Assembly (NCBI GenBank): GCA_964533725.1
Contig: CAZHMX010000001.1
Span: 1-63,336 of the forward strand
DNA: 63,336 nt
Source: an uncultured Alistipes sp.
GTDB taxonomy: Bacteria > Bacteroidota > Bacteroidia > Bacteroidales > Rikenellaceae
Direction of reading: 5' to 3'
Shown: positions 10,648 through 21,488 of the stretch, one piece after another
Numbering within the stretch: position 1 is the stretch's first letter
Layout: each line of letters opens with the position of its first letter
Program-made: the position numbers and the translations under genes
The notes under the pieces: generated by a model
Databases searched by the model: none
The model's input: only the letters and a program-made list of their open reading frames with translations
What the model was told of the DNA's origin: nothing

Positions 10648-12429
10648 ATGAGGGGAAAACTCATCTCATTTTTGTGTATCCTTTCGGCCTTTATGGCCGG
10701 AGGGATACTTTCGTCCTGCAACAAGGATGAAGTGATCGAGGCGGATGCGCCGCCGGAGATCCTGCTCGACAGCCCGACCGGGATCTACGAGGTCTATGCC
10801 GGTTCGCAACTGGTTCTCGCGCCCGAATACCGGCATGCCGAGGGTGCCCGGTACAGCTGGCAGATAGAGCGGGAGGAGGTCTGCACGGAGCCCGTCTTCG
10901 CCTCGGTGTGGAACGATCCCGGCCAATATTATGTCGTGCTGACCGTCACCACCTCCGCAGGCCGCGTGTCGGAGGAGCTGCGGGTCGATGTGATCGAGCC
11001 GAGCATTCCCTGCATATCGCTGCCCTTCACCGGCGACAAGATGTTGCTGAAGGTGGGCACGGATTACCGCTTGGATCCGGAGATCGCCCACTCGGGCGCC
11101 GACGATCCGGAACTTGCGGTGAACTGGTTTGTCGACGGGAAGCCCTATTCGTCGGAACGGGTCTTCCGGTTCCGCGCCGAGCAGGTCGGCGATTATGCGG
11201 TGAGCGTAAGGGCGGAGAATGTCTTCGGCCGCGACGAGCGCTCGTTCACGATCAGCGTCGTGCAGCAGCTGCCCTACACGGTCGAATTCCCGGCGTTATC
11301 CTACCTCAACCGGTCGACCGCGCGCTACACGTTCCCGGGCAGGAAGGTGGTGCTGCGCCCCCGCATTACGGGGTTGGAGACGACGTCGGTGGAGTGGAGC
11401 GTCAACGGCGCCGCATCGGATTGCCGTTCGCTGCTGTTCTCCTTTGTCCCGGAGCAGGCCGGCGAGTATGTGGTCAACCTCACGGTCGACGGTTCGGCAA
11501 GCGCATCGGTCACCGTGGTGTGTGTCGACGCCACCGAAAGCACCCGACAGCGGAAAGTCTCCTCGCAGAGCGGAGCCTACGGCAACAAGGTCTTCGAGTG
11601 GATCCCTGCCCCGGGACAGTTTATCGGCGAGACCCAGACCGGCGGAATGACCGGCAACGAGACCACGCACGAGGCCGCCGTGGCATGGGCCGAAGGCCGT
11701 CTTGCCAAGAGCCAATACGTCTCGTTGGGCGGTTTCGGCGGCTATATCATCGTGGGATTCGACCACAGCGTCGAGAACACCGAGACGTCGTATGATTTCG
11801 CCATCGCCGCCAATGCCTTCTTCAATACGGCGACCGGCGACGGCGGATCGAACGAGCCGGGCATCGTCTACGTCAGTCAGGACGTGAACGGCAACGGGCT
11901 GCCCGACGACGAGTGGTACGAGCTGCGCGGTTCGGAGAGCGGGAAAGAGGAGACGATCGCCGACTATGCGGTGACCTATTACCGTCCCTCCGCCCCGAAG
12001 ATGAATGTTCTGTGGACCGACAATCGGGGATCGAGCGGAACCGTCGACTATCTTGCGGCCTTCCACCGTCAGGATTACTACTATCCGGCATGGATCGCCG
12101 AAGATCAATACACGCTCTACGGCACGCGGCTGAAGGACCGCACCACCCAAAACAGCGACACGGGCATGTGGGACAACAGCTGTTTTGCGTGGGGATATGC
12201 CGACAACATGGGCAGCGATGTGCTTTCGAGCAACGACAGCGGAGGCGGCGAAGGTCAGCGCAACGGTTTCCTGATCAAGAACGCCATGTATGCGGACGGA
12301 ACCCCCGTAAACCTGAAGTACATAGACTTCGTCCGTGTCCAGACCGGCGTGAACAGCAAAGCCGGATGGTTGGGCGAGGTTTCGACCGAGGTGTTCGGAT
12401 TCGAGGACCTGAATATGACGGCACGATGA
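10648..12429 (+). CDS. btuH: BtuH-like surface lipoprotein (PKD-like repeats plus C-terminal B12-binding domain)
   Basis: Lipobox LSSC; motifs PAPGQF, SLGGFGGYI, DVNGNGLPDDEWYEL, GWLGEVSTE; sits in a B12 locus. Confidence 0.72.
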   Translation: MRGKLISFLCILSAFMAGGILSSCNKDEVIEADAPPEILLDSPTGIYEVYAGSQLVLAPEYRHAEGARYSWQIEREEVCTEPVFASVWNDPGQYYVVLTVTTSAGRVSEELRVDVIEPSIPCISLPFTGDKMLLKVGTDYRLDPEIAHSGADDPELAVNWFVDGKPYSSERVFRFRAEQVGDYAVSVRAENVFGRDERSFTISVVQQLPYTVEFPALSYLNRSTARYTFPGRKVVLRPRITGLETTSVEWSVNGAASDCRSLLFSFVPEQAGEYVVNLTVDGSASASVTVVCVDATESTRQRKVSSQSGAYGNKVFEWIPAPGQFIGETQTGGMTGNETTHEAAVAWAEGRLAKSQYVSLGGFGGYIIVGFDHSVENTETSYDFAIAANAFFNTATGDGGSNEPGIVYVSQDVNGNGLPDDEWYELRGSESGKEETIADYAVTYYRPSAPKMNVLWTDNRGSSGTVDYLAAFHRQDYYYPAWIAEDQYTLYGTRLKDRTTQNSDTGMWDNSCFAWGYADNMGSDVLSSNDSGGGEGQRNGFLIKNAMYADGTPVNLKYIDFVRVQTGVNSKAGWLGEVSTEVFGFEDLNMTAR

Positions 12430-13508
12430 AAAGTTTTATTTACAGCGTATCCCGTCGTTTTGCCCTCCTGCTCTGTGCGGCCGCGCTCTTAAGCGGCTGC
12501 ATGGAGTGGGATTACGGCAACGTGCGGGAGGATTTCAATGCCGCGGGCGAGGGGCTGTTCATCACCAACGAGGGCAACTTCCAGTACGGCAACGCGACGC
12601 TGTCGTATTATGACCCGGCGACGCGTCAGGTGCAGAACGAGGTATTCTTCCGCGCCAACGGCATGAAGCTCGGCGACGTGGCGCAGTCGATGACCCTCCA
12701 CGACGGCAAGGGCTGGGTGGTGGTGAACAACTCCCATGTGATCTTCGCCATCGACCTGAACACCTTCAAGGAGATAGGGCGCATCGAGAACCTGACCTCG
12801 CCGCGCTACATCCACTTTTTGAGCGACGAGAAAGCCTATGTCACCCAGCTGTGGGACAACCGCATCTTCATCATCAACCCCAAAAAGTATGAAATCACCG
12901 GTTACATTCAGGTGCCCGACATGACGATGGAGAGCGGTTCTACCGAGCAGATGGTGCAGTACGGCAAATACGTCTATTGCAACTGCTGGTCGTACCAGAA
13001 CCGCATCATCAAGATCGACACCGAGACCGACCGGGTGGTCGATGAACTCAAAGTCGGCATACAGCCCACGTCGCTCGTGATGGACAAATACAATAAGCTG
13101 TGGACGGTGACCGACGGCGGTTACGAGGGCAGTCCCTACGGTTACGAAGCCCCCTCGCTCTATCGGATCGACGCCGAGACCTTCACCGTCGAGCAGCAGT
13201 TCAGATTCAGGCTCGGCGATGCGCCGAGCGAGGTCCAGCTCAACGGGACGCGCGACAGGCTCTACTGGATCAACCGGGATATCTGGAGCATGGAGGTGAC
13301 CGCCGACCGGGTGCCGGTGCGCCCGTTTCTCGAATACGGCGGCACGATCTACTACGGACTGACGGTGAACCCCGTCAACGGGGAGGTCTACGTCGCCGAC
13401 GCCATCGACTACCAGCAGCAGGGTATCATTTACCGCTACTCGCCCGAGGGGGAGCTGATGGATGAATTCTACGTCGGGATCATTCCCGGCGCCTTTTGTT
13501 GGAAATAA
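12426..13508 (+). CDS. btuG: BtuG-like beta-propeller B12-binding lipoprotein
   Basis: ATG at 12426 overlaps the upstream stop; lipobox LSGC; NEGNF, LGDVAQS, SPRYI, DAIDY motifs; directly upstream of btuB. Confidence 0.88.
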   Translation: MKSFIYSVSRRFALLLCAAALLSGCMEWDYGNVREDFNAAGEGLFITNEGNFQYGNATLSYYDPATRQVQNEVFFRANGMKLGDVAQSMTLHDGKGWVVVNNSHVIFAIDLNTFKEIGRIENLTSPRYIHFLSDEKAYVTQLWDNRIFIINPKKYEITGYIQVPDMTMESGSTEQMVQYGKYVYCNCWSYQNRIIKIDTETDRVVDELKVGIQPTSLVMDKYNKLWTVTDGGYEGSPYGYEAPSLYRIDAETFTVEQQFRFRLGDAPSEVQLNGTRDRLYWINRDIWSMEVTADRVPVRPFLEYGGTIYYGLTVNPVNGEVYVADAIDYQQQGIIYRYSPEGELMDEFYVGIIPGAFCWK

Positions 13509-13514
13509 AACGGT

Positions 13515-15605
13515 TTGATGATGAAACGAGTTTTCACCCTTCCACTGGTCCTTCTGTCGGCCTTGTGCCTTCCCGTCCCGCTCCTGGCGCAGCAGGCCGA
13601 AACCCGCCGGCAGACGGTCCGTCACCTCACCATACCGCAGGTGACGGTCTTCGGGCAGCGTCCCATGAAAGAGATCGGCATACAGACGACCCGGTTCGAC
13701 TCGCTCGCGCTGAAGGAGAATATCGCCCTGTCGATGGCGGACATCCTGACCTTCAACTCGTCGGTGTTCGTCAAAAGTTACGGCCGCGCCACGCTCTCCA
13801 CCGTCGCCTTCCGGGGTACGTCGCCCAGCCATACGCAGGTGACGTGGAACGGCATGCGGATCAATAACCCAATGCTCGGCATGACCGATTTCTCGACCAT
13901 ACCCTCCTATTTCATCGACCGCGCGTCGCTGTTGCACGGCACCTCGTCGGTGAACGAGACGGGCGGCGGATTGGGCGGCCTGGTCAGACTCGGCACCGAG
14001 CCTCCCGCCGGCGAGGGTTTCAATGCCCAGTACGTGCAGGGCATCGGTTCGTTCCGCACCTTCGACGAATTCGCCCGCTTCAGTTACGGCGGCGACCGCT
14101 GGCGCCTCTCCACCCGGGCCGTTTACTCCTCCTCGCCCAATGACTACGAATACACCAACCGCGACAAGAAGATCAACCGGTACGACGAGGCGATGAACAT
14201 CATCGGGCAGTATCATCCCCGGGAGCGCAACCGTTCCGGTTCGTTCCGGGATCTGCACCTGTTGCAGGAGGTCTACTACGACACGCACCAGGGCGACAGG
14301 GTGGGGCTGAACGCCTGGTTTCTCCGCTCCAACCGCGAGCTGCCCATGCTGACGACCGACTACGGCGACGAACGCAACTTCGAGAACCGCCAGCGGGAAC
14401 AGACCTTCCGCGGCGTTTTGTCGTGGGACCATCTCGGAAACCGCTGGAAAATCGGGGTGAAGGGCGGTTACATCCATACGTGGATGGCTTACGACTACCG
14501 CCGGGAGGTCGCGTCCGGCAACTGGGCCTCCATGACCCGTTCCCGCAGCCGGATCAACACCTTCTACGGTCAGGCCGAGGGAGAGTACAGCCCGTCGGCG
14601 CGGTGGTTCTTCACCGCCTGCATCTCGGTGCACCAGCATCTGGTGCGCAGCGAGGACAAGAACATCATCCTGCAGGACGGCGGCCGGGCGATCGTGGGCT
14701 ACGACAAAGGTCGTGTAGAGCTCTCCGGCTCCCTCTCGGCCAAGTGGCAGCCGATCGACCGGATCGGTCTGTCGGTGGTGCTGCGCGAGGAGATGTACGG
14801 CTCGGCGTGGGTCCCGCTCATTCCGGCCTTTTTCATGGACGGACTCCTGTCGCCGAAAGGGAATGTGATGCTGAAGGCCTCCGTTTCGCGCAACTACCGT
14901 TTCCCGACGCTCAACGACCTCTATTTCCTGCCCGGCGGCAATCCGGATCTGAAAAACGAACACGGCTTCACCTACGATGCGGGCATCAGCTTCGCGGTCG
15001 GCCGGGAGAACGGCTATACGTTGAGCGGCGGGGCGAACTGGTTCGACTCCCGCATCGACGACTGGATCATCTGGCTGCCGACGACCAAGGGATTCTTTTC
15101 GCCGCGCAACGTGAAGAATGTCCACGCCTACGGGGTCGAGCTCAAGGCGGACCTTGCCGTCCGTCCGGCCGAGGACTGGCGGATCGACCTGAACGGCTCC
15201 TACTCGTGGACCCCCTCGATAAACGAAGGCGAAAAGATGTCGCCCGCCGACCAGTCGGTGGGCAAACAACTGCCCTATGTGCCGAGACACTCCGCCTCGC
15301 TGACCGGCCGTCTGTCGTGGCAGTCGTGGGCCTTCCTCTACAAGTGGTCGTTCTACTCGGAGCGTTTCACCATGTCGAGCAACGACCGCACGCTGACGGG
15401 ACACCTGCCTCCCTATTTCATGAGCAACATCTCGCTGGAGAAGAACCTCTCTTTCCGGCCGATGGATATCCAGCTGAAATTCGCCGTCAACAACCTCTTC
15501 AACGAGGACTATCTCTCGGTGCTCTCCCGCCCGATGCCCGGCATCAACTTCGAGCTGTTTGTCGGCATCACCCCGAAATTCGGCAAAAACAGAAAAAAGC
15601 AGTAA
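13515..15605 (+). CDS. btuB: TonB-dependent cobalamin receptor
   Basis: Signal peptide; plug motif FRGTSPSHTQVTWNG; NPDLKNEHG; C-terminal RPMPGINF; riboswitch context. Confidence 0.9.
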   Translation: MMMKRVFTLPLVLLSALCLPVPLLAQQAETRRQTVRHLTIPQVTVFGQRPMKEIGIQTTRFDSLALKENIALSMADILTFNSSVFVKSYGRATLSTVAFRGTSPSHTQVTWNGMRINNPMLGMTDFSTIPSYFIDRASLLHGTSSVNETGGGLGGLVRLGTEPPAGEGFNAQYVQGIGSFRTFDEFARFSYGGDRWRLSTRAVYSSSPNDYEYTNRDKKINRYDEAMNIIGQYHPRERNRSGSFRDLHLLQEVYYDTHQGDRVGLNAWFLRSNRELPMLTTDYGDERNFENRQREQTFRGVLSWDHLGNRWKIGVKGGYIHTWMAYDYRREVASGNWASMTRSRSRINTFYGQAEGEYSPSARWFFTACISVHQHLVRSEDKNIILQDGGRAIVGYDKGRVELSGSLSAKWQPIDRIGLSVVLREEMYGSAWVPLIPAFFMDGLLSPKGNVMLKASVSRNYRFPTLNDLYFLPGGNPDLKNEHGFTYDAGISFAVGRENGYTLSGGANWFDSRIDDWIIWLPTTKGFFSPRNVKNVHAYGVELKADLAVRPAEDWRIDLNGSYSWTPSINEGEKMSPADQSVGKQLPYVPRHSASLTGRLSWQSWAFLYKWSFYSERFTMSSNDRTLTGHLPPYFMSNISLEKNLSFRPMDIQLKFAVNNLFNEDYLSVLSRPMPGINFELFVGITPKFGKNRKKQ

Positions 15606-15623
15606 CCTCAAATACACCATCGT

Positions 15624-16762
15624 ATGAATGCACTGAAGCATTTCAGCCTGGTCCTGTCGTTTGCGCTCGCCCTGACCGGCTGCAACAACAAAGATTCCCG
15701 GCTCGACGATTTCAACCGTCCGCTTTATATCCCCGAATAGCCTCCGGCTTCGAGATCCGGGGCGCCGAGGGCCGGCAAAGCATCCTGATTACCGTCACCG
15801 ACCCCTGGCAGGGCGCGGACCACGTCACGACACCGCTGTTCGTCGCCCGTGACGGGGAGCCTGTTCCCGACGGTTTCACGGGTCAGGTGCTTGAAGGGGA
15901 GGCCCGGCGCATCGTGGCGCTCTCCTCGACCCATATCGCCCTGCTCGACGCCATCGGTCAGGCGGGCCGCACGGTCGGCGTGTCGGGTCTCGACTACATC
16001 TCCAGCCCCGACATTCAGGCACGGCGGGACAGCATAGGAGATGTGGGCTACGAAGGGAACATCGACTACGAGCTGCTGCTCTCGCTCGATCCCGACCTCG
16101 TGTTGCTCTACGGCGTGAACGGCGCAAGCCCGATGGAGGGCAAACTCAACGAATTCGGCATCCCGTTCATGTACGTCGGCGACTATCTGGAGGAATCGCC
16201 CCTGGGCAAAGCCGAATGGCTGGTGGCGCTGTCGGAGGTTGTCGGAGAACGGGCGGAGGGCGAACGGGTCTTTGCCGGAATTCCGGTCCGGTACAACGCC
16301 CTGAAAAAGAGGGTGGCGGACAACGTCCCCGACGTCCCCTCGGTGATGCTCAATATGCCCTGCGGCGACAGCTGGTTCGTACCTTCGGCCGAAAGTTATG
16401 CGGTCCGGTTGATTGCCGATGCCGGCGGCGACTGCATCTGCAAGAGGAACACGGGAAACGCTTCCGCGCCCATCGACCTCGAAGAGGCGTATCTGCTGGC
16501 CTCGCAGGCCGATATGTGGTTGCATACGGGCCGGGCCAACACGCTCGATGAACTGAAAGCGGCCTGCCCGAAATTCGCCGATACCCGCTGCTTCCGAAAC
16601 GGCGATGTCTACAACAACAACGCCCGCACGAATGCCGCCGGCGGCAACGATTACTACGAATCGGCCGTCGTGAATCCCGACCTGGTGCTGCGCGATCTGG
16701 TAAAGATCTTCCACCCCGAACTGGTCACGGAAGATTTCGTCTACTACAAACAGCTGAAATAG
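15624..16762 (+). pseudogene. btuF: ABC substrate-binding lipoprotein BtuF, split by a 1-nt deletion near 15739
   Basis: MNALKHF...LTGC...LYIPE ends at TAG 15738-15740; the rest (ASGFEIRG...FHPEL) continues in another frame. Confidence 0.8.
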
Positions 16763-17746
16763 ATGCGCTCGCGTTCCGCCATATTGTTTGCCGCGCTGGC
16801 CGCCCTCACCCTCTTCCTGTTGCTGCTGGATCTGGCGGTGGGTGCTGTCCCCGTGCCGCTCGGCGAGGTGTGGGCGGCCCTGACGGGGGGCGACTGCCCG
16901 CGGGCGACGGCAAAAATCATCCTCGACATCCGTCTTGTCAAAGCCCTGGTGGCCTTGTCGGCCGGTGCGGCCCTGTCGGTCAGCGGCCTGCAGATGCAGA
17001 CCCTCTTCCGCAATCCGCTGGCCGGTCCCTACGTGCTCGGCATCAGTTCGGGCGCCGGCCTCGGCGTGGCCCTGGTGGTGCTCGCGGGCGTCGGTTCGTC
17101 GATAGGCATCGCGGGAGCGGCATGGACCGGATCCGCACTCGTGCTGGCCGTTATCGCCGCCGTCGGGCGCCGGGTCAGGGATATTATGGTGATTCTGATT
17201 CTCGGCATGATGTTCTCGTCGGGCGTCGGTGCGGCGGTTCAGATCTTGCAATACCTCAGCCGGGAGGAGTCCCTGAAAGCCTTTGTCCTCTGGACGATGG
17301 GGTCGCTCGGCGACGTGACGACGCAACAGCTCGCCATACTCCTGCCGTCGGTCGCGGTCGGACTGCTGCTGGCCCTCTGGAGCGTAAAACCGTTGAATAT
17401 CCTGCTTTTCGGCGAGGAGTACGCCGTGACGATGGGACTCAATATCCGGCATACGCGCGGGCTGCTGTTCCTCTCCACGACGCTGCTGGCCGGTACGGTG
17501 ACCGCCTTTTGCGGTCCGGTAGGCTTCATCGGTCTGGCCATGCCCCACGTCGCAAGGGCCCTGTTCCGCAACAGCGACCATCGGATCCTCGTGCCGGGAA
17601 CCGCTCTTTCGGGTGCCGCCGTGCTGTTGCTTTGCGACCTCGTTTCCAAAATATTCACCTTGCCGATAAACGCCATAACCGCACTGTCGGGCATTCCGAT
17701 CGTCGTATGGGTCGTGCTTCGCAACCAATCGCTTGCCGCAAGATGA
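16763..17746 (+). CDS. btuC: FecCD-family ABC permease
   Basis: Hydrophobic; QTLFRNPLAGPYVLGISSG and GPVGFIGL motifs. Confidence 0.9.
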   Translation: MRSRSAILFAALAALTLFLLLLDLAVGAVPVPLGEVWAALTGGDCPRATAKIILDIRLVKALVALSAGAALSVSGLQMQTLFRNPLAGPYVLGISSGAGLGVALVVLAGVGSSIGIAGAAWTGSALVLAVIAAVGRRVRDIMVILILGMMFSSGVGAAVQILQYLSREESLKAFVLWTMGSLGDVTTQQLAILLPSVAVGLLLALWSVKPLNILLFGEEYAVTMGLNIRHTRGLLFLSTTLLAGTVTAFCGPVGFIGLAMPHVARALFRNSDHRILVPGTALSGAAVLLLCDLVSKIFTLPINAITALSGIPIVVWVVLRNQSLAAR

Positions 17747-18489
17747 TCACGCTGCGCCATTTTACAATCGGATACGGCGCGCGGACCCTGCTCCGGGAGG
17801 TCTGCGCGGAGGTCCGGGGCGGGGAGCTGACGGCGCTCGTCGGCCGCAACGGTTCGGGAAAGTCGACCCTGCTGAAGGCGATAGCCGGCCTGAACCGGAG
17901 CGGTTCGGGCGAAATACTCCTTGACGGCACCTCATCCGTCGACCTCTCGCCCGAGATGCGGGCCAGGACATTGGCCTTCGTTTCGACGGAACGGATGCGC
18001 ATCCCCAATCTGCAGTGCCGCGACGTGGTCGCCGTCGGCCGGGCGCCCTATACCGACTGGACCGGAAGGTTGCGGCCGGCGGACCGGGAGATCGTGGCGC
18101 GATCCCTGGCTTCGGTAAATATGGAGGCCTGTGCGGACCGGACGATGGACGAGATGAGCGACGGCGAGTGCCAGCGGATCATGATCGCCCGTGCGTTGGC
18201 GCAATCGACGCCGATCATTTTGCTGGACGAGCCGACCTCGTTCCTCGATTTGCCCAACCGCTACGAATTGTGCTCGCTTTTGGTACGGCTGGCACACGAC
18301 GAAGGCAAATGTATCCTGTTTTCCACGCACGAGCTGGACATCGCCCTGTCGTTGAGCGATCGCATAGCCGTTATAGAAACCCCCGGTCTCTGTTGCCTGC
18401 CTCCGTCCGAACTGGTCCGGAGCGGCCGTCTCGACCGCCTGTTCCGCATGCCGGCCCTCTCCGCCGCCATGCGTCTCCGGTTGCCGTAA
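17743..18489 (+). CDS. btuD: ABC transporter ATPase
   Basis: ATG at 17743; Walker A GRNGSGKS, signature MSDGECQR, Walker B ILLDEP. Confidence 0.9.
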   Translation: MITLRHFTIGYGARTLLREVCAEVRGGELTALVGRNGSGKSTLLKAIAGLNRSGSGEILLDGTSSVDLSPEMRARTLAFVSTERMRIPNLQCRDVVAVGRAPYTDWTGRLRPADREIVARSLASVNMEACADRTMDEMSDGECQRIMIARALAQSTPIILLDEPTSFLDLPNRYELCSLLVRLAHDEGKCILFSTHELDIALSLSDRIAVIETPGLCCLPPSELVRSGRLDRLFRMPALSAAMRLRLP

Positions 18490-18546
18490 CTCCTGCGCAT
18501 CTTCCCGATTTTCCGGTCCGGTCGCCCCGGGCTGTTTTTCCGCCCA

Positions 18547-18582
18547 GTCCGAAGCCGGGCCGGGGCAAGCCCGGCTTCGGAC
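18547..18582. terminator. GC-rich hairpin between convergent genes
   Basis: GTCCGAAGCCGGGC-N8-GCCCGGCTTCGGAC perfect 14-bp stem. Confidence 0.6.
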
Positions 18583-18614
18583 ATGAGAACACCCGGCGGA
18601 ACCGGCTGCTTCGC

Positions 18615-19820
18615 CTATTTGATCCGCGTGACCACGGGGCGGCGGAGCGGACGCAACTCTTCGGCTGCCGCTGCGGCCCATTCATCTCCCCAGAAACGGG
18701 CGGGCAGCCAGCTGTTTTTCTGCCACAGCATCACCATACGATAATCCAGACGCCCCTCGGCGTCGGGACGGACAAGAACCAGGTGGCTCAGCGGATCCTC
18801 GACCGGCGCGACGACACGGGCACGGTCGACGGCTACGGCCAGGGTTACCCGCTCGGGCTGCCAGCGGACGGTGTCGTTTTCGGGGTAATCGGTGCCGGTG
18901 GAGCAGAGAATCATCTGTCGTTCGTCGCCCTGCGTGCCGTCATAGGCGCCGTTTTTGATCTTCATCACCCCGGTCACGAAGTCCAGACCCGCGAAATCGC
19001 CCTCAAGGCGGTTCTCGACCTGAACGTCGGCATGGCCGGCATAGAGAATGTAACGCGACGTCATCGTCAGCGTGCGACCGCCATATCGCCACCCCTCGAC
19101 CCGCATGTCGACTACCGTGCGGACCGGTCCCGCCGCGCGTATCGTCGCCTCGCGACGCGACATCTCGGTGATGTGGAGCATCTTCTGCTTTTTTGCATCC
19201 CAGCCCTTCAGCACGCCGACACTGATCGAGCCGAAGACCCGCAGATTGTCGTGTCCCGACCCTTCGGCCAGCTGCCCGTCCGTCGGATACCACATCGTCT
19301 CGCGCAACTCCAGCCCCGGCTGCTTCTTGCCGTAGGTGTCGATACTCTGCTTTTTGTCGAAATAGACGCGATAAGCCGCCCGGTCGGATTCGAACGCGGG
19401 CCCGTGGTGGTGCAGCTTGTGGTACATGTCGTCCTTTTCCGAGCTGACCGTCCGCACCTCCTGCAACGTTTTGTCGGGCTTCTTGAGCCACATCTGCGCG
19501 TTGACTTCGGCCGGATAGCTCACCGCCGGAGCCGCCGACGAATAGACCACGCGTACCTTCGTCCTGCCGCGCCCCCCGAGTACGAAAGCCAGCTCGTCAT
19601 AGCGGCCGTCGCCGTCGAGATCATCCAGTTGCGAGGGGATCTCCACGCGACCGACATATACGCGTGCGCTCTGCGTCCACTCGGGCAGATCGCTGATTAC
19701 AACCCCGTTGTCGGCCGACGAGATCTCGATCCGATAACGGGCCTCACCGCTTTGCGGGTTTTGCGCACCGGCCTGGAAGCCTCCGGCGACCAGGCATAAC
19801 AAAAAGATAAACCGTCTCAT
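18615..19820 (-). CDS. DUF4861-family exported protein
   Basis: Signal peptide; DLDGDGRYDEL, HHGPAFESD.AYRVYFD, GPVRTVV motifs. Confidence 0.75.
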   Translation of the reverse strand: MRRFIFLLCLVAGGFQAGAQNPQSGEARYRIEISSADNGVVISDLPEWTQSARVYVGRVEIPSQLDDLDGDGRYDELAFVLGGRGRTKVRVVYSSAAPAVSYPAEVNAQMWLKKPDKTLQEVRTVSSEKDDMYHKLHHHGPAFESDRAAYRVYFDKKQSIDTYGKKQPGLELRETMWYPTDGQLAEGSGHDNLRVFGSISVGVLKGWDAKKQKMLHITEMSRREATIRAAGPVRTVVDMRVEGWRYGGRTLTMTSRYILYAGHADVQVENRLEGDFAGLDFVTGVMKIKNGAYDGTQGDERQMILCSTGTDYPENDTVRWQPERVTLAVAVDRARVVAPVEDPLSHLVLVRPDAEGRLDYRMVMLWQKNSWLPARFWGDEWAAAAAEELRPLRRPVVTRIK

Positions 19821-21215
19821 TTATTTCAGTTTTTTGATGATTTCCTCCAATGCCTCGGCCGTACGGATCGCCCCCTCGGGCAGCTCACCGCCCAGGGCCT
19901 GCAACGCCTCCGCCGGCACAAGGTCGACCTGCTGTTCGTCGGCTTTCGAGAGATCCAGTCCGAAGACCTGCGCGAAAAATTCGTAGACCGCCCGCCGTTT
20001 GCTGGGCCCGAAGTCATGACGTTCGTCGGCGAAATGGCGGTTCTGCATCCCGTTTTCGGCCCCGTAGAACCCCCAGATCCGTTGCAGGAAGGGGTACTCC
20101 AACCGGGGATAGGTGTGGGTCCAGTCGCCTCCGTCGCTTACGGTCAGCACCGGTTTGGGCGCAAAGGTGGCCAGCAGTTCGGTCGTGCAGCTGCCCCCTG
20201 CCGCCAAGGTGACGGGCCGGGCGCTCTCGCAAGGACAGCCGCCGTCGAAGTGCGATACTAAATGCACCACGGGCGCCAGGGCCGTAAATCGTTCGTCGAA
20301 CAGTCCCAGCAGCATCACATGCGTCGCGCCACCCGATCCTCCGGTTGCCCCGATACGCTCCGTATCGATATCTTTCCGTGTCTTCAGAATCCAATCGGTT
20401 ACCGCCTCGGCCCACAGCGCCTGCACCTGCATCGCGCACGGTGCCCGGTGGAACTCCTCGCCCAGTTGCAACGCCGACTCGCCCCAGGCAAAGATATCGA
20501 CGTCGACGGCCACAATCCCCATCCGCGCCATCGAGGCCATCAGGTACTGATGATCCGCACGGTACCGTCCCTCGGCCCAGTGTCCCGATGGCGCCACCAC
20601 CATCGGATGTCGTCCGCGTCCTCCCGCAGGTGCGTAGATCGACCCGCAGGCATAGAGTCCCGGGAGCGTCTCGAGGGCGAAATTCCGGATCGTGTAGCCG
20701 TCGTGACGCGCGATAGGGGTCAGAATGACCTTCGGATCGGCCACCAGTCCGCGCAGATAGGGGTCGATATCGAAGAGTGCGCGGGCCTGCCGGCGCAACG
20801 TGTCGCGCCGTTGCTCCCACTGCGCGCGATCGTTGTATTGTGCCGAGAGCCACTCCAAAAGTGCCTCCCCTTCGGCGGGCGTACGGCGGTAATACTCATA
20901 AGGTTCGATCCGATAATGCCGTTTGCCCCGGTCGCTCCATTTGAGGTCGAGCGGCCGGCAGATCCCGTCGAGCGAAGCCTCCACCGACCAGGGCCGGATC
21001 CGGAAATCGGCATAATCCAGAAAGAGGGTGTCGGGATCGATGGCCCGCGGCGTGATCCTGACGCCGAACCGTTCGCCGACCTCTCGCATCACCTGCCCCA
21101 ACGATTTGCGGAATCTTGTTTCGAGCGTTTGCGCATGCGCCGCATAGCCCGCCGCTCCGAAGACCGCAACCGCCAGAAGCAGCAACATCCTCCCGTGTTT
21201 CAATATCTTTCTCAT
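19821..21215 (-). CDS. Acetylxylan-esterase-like alpha/beta hydrolase
   Basis: Start MRKILKHG; nucleophile elbow GGSGG; GGCPCES; HDFGPSKR. Confidence 0.8.
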   Translation of the reverse strand: MRKILKHGRMLLLLAVAVFGAAGYAAHAQTLETRFRKSLGQVMREVGERFGVRITPRAIDPDTLFLDYADFRIRPWSVEASLDGICRPLDLKWSDRGKRHYRIEPYEYYRRTPAEGEALLEWLSAQYNDRAQWEQRRDTLRRQARALFDIDPYLRGLVADPKVILTPIARHDGYTIRNFALETLPGLYACGSIYAPAGGRGRHPMVVAPSGHWAEGRYRADHQYLMASMARMGIVAVDVDIFAWGESALQLGEEFHRAPCAMQVQALWAEAVTDWILKTRKDIDTERIGATGGSGGATHVMLLGLFDERFTALAPVVHLVSHFDGGCPCESARPVTLAAGGSCTTELLATFAPKPVLTVSDGGDWTHTYPRLEYPFLQRIWGFYGAENGMQNRHFADERHDFGPSKRRAVYEFFAQVFGLDLSKADEQQVDLVPAEALQALGGELPEGAIRTAEALEEIIKKLK

Positions 21216-21488
21216 CGTGTAAATTCTTTGGTAGTTTGCTGCGAAGTTACAAAATAATCGCGAATTTTCATACGTCGAGACACGTAAAAGCGAAAAAGCC
21301 TGAACCGCGCAACTACTCGCAGTATGGAGCCGGACTGACGTTCGAACATTATATGACGAAGTACAAGCCCCCTTCGTGTACAAAGACAGCAACAATCCTT
21401 CCGCACCCCAAATATTCGGTTTTTAATGAAAATTGCCCGATGATCAGTCCTTCCGACCAGTTTCACGGCCCTGAAGGAGTGGTAGGAG

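Noticed and set aside
8508-18489. B12 locus as part of a conjugative element
   Set aside because: No integrase, tra or mob genes, or att repeats are visible in the flanks
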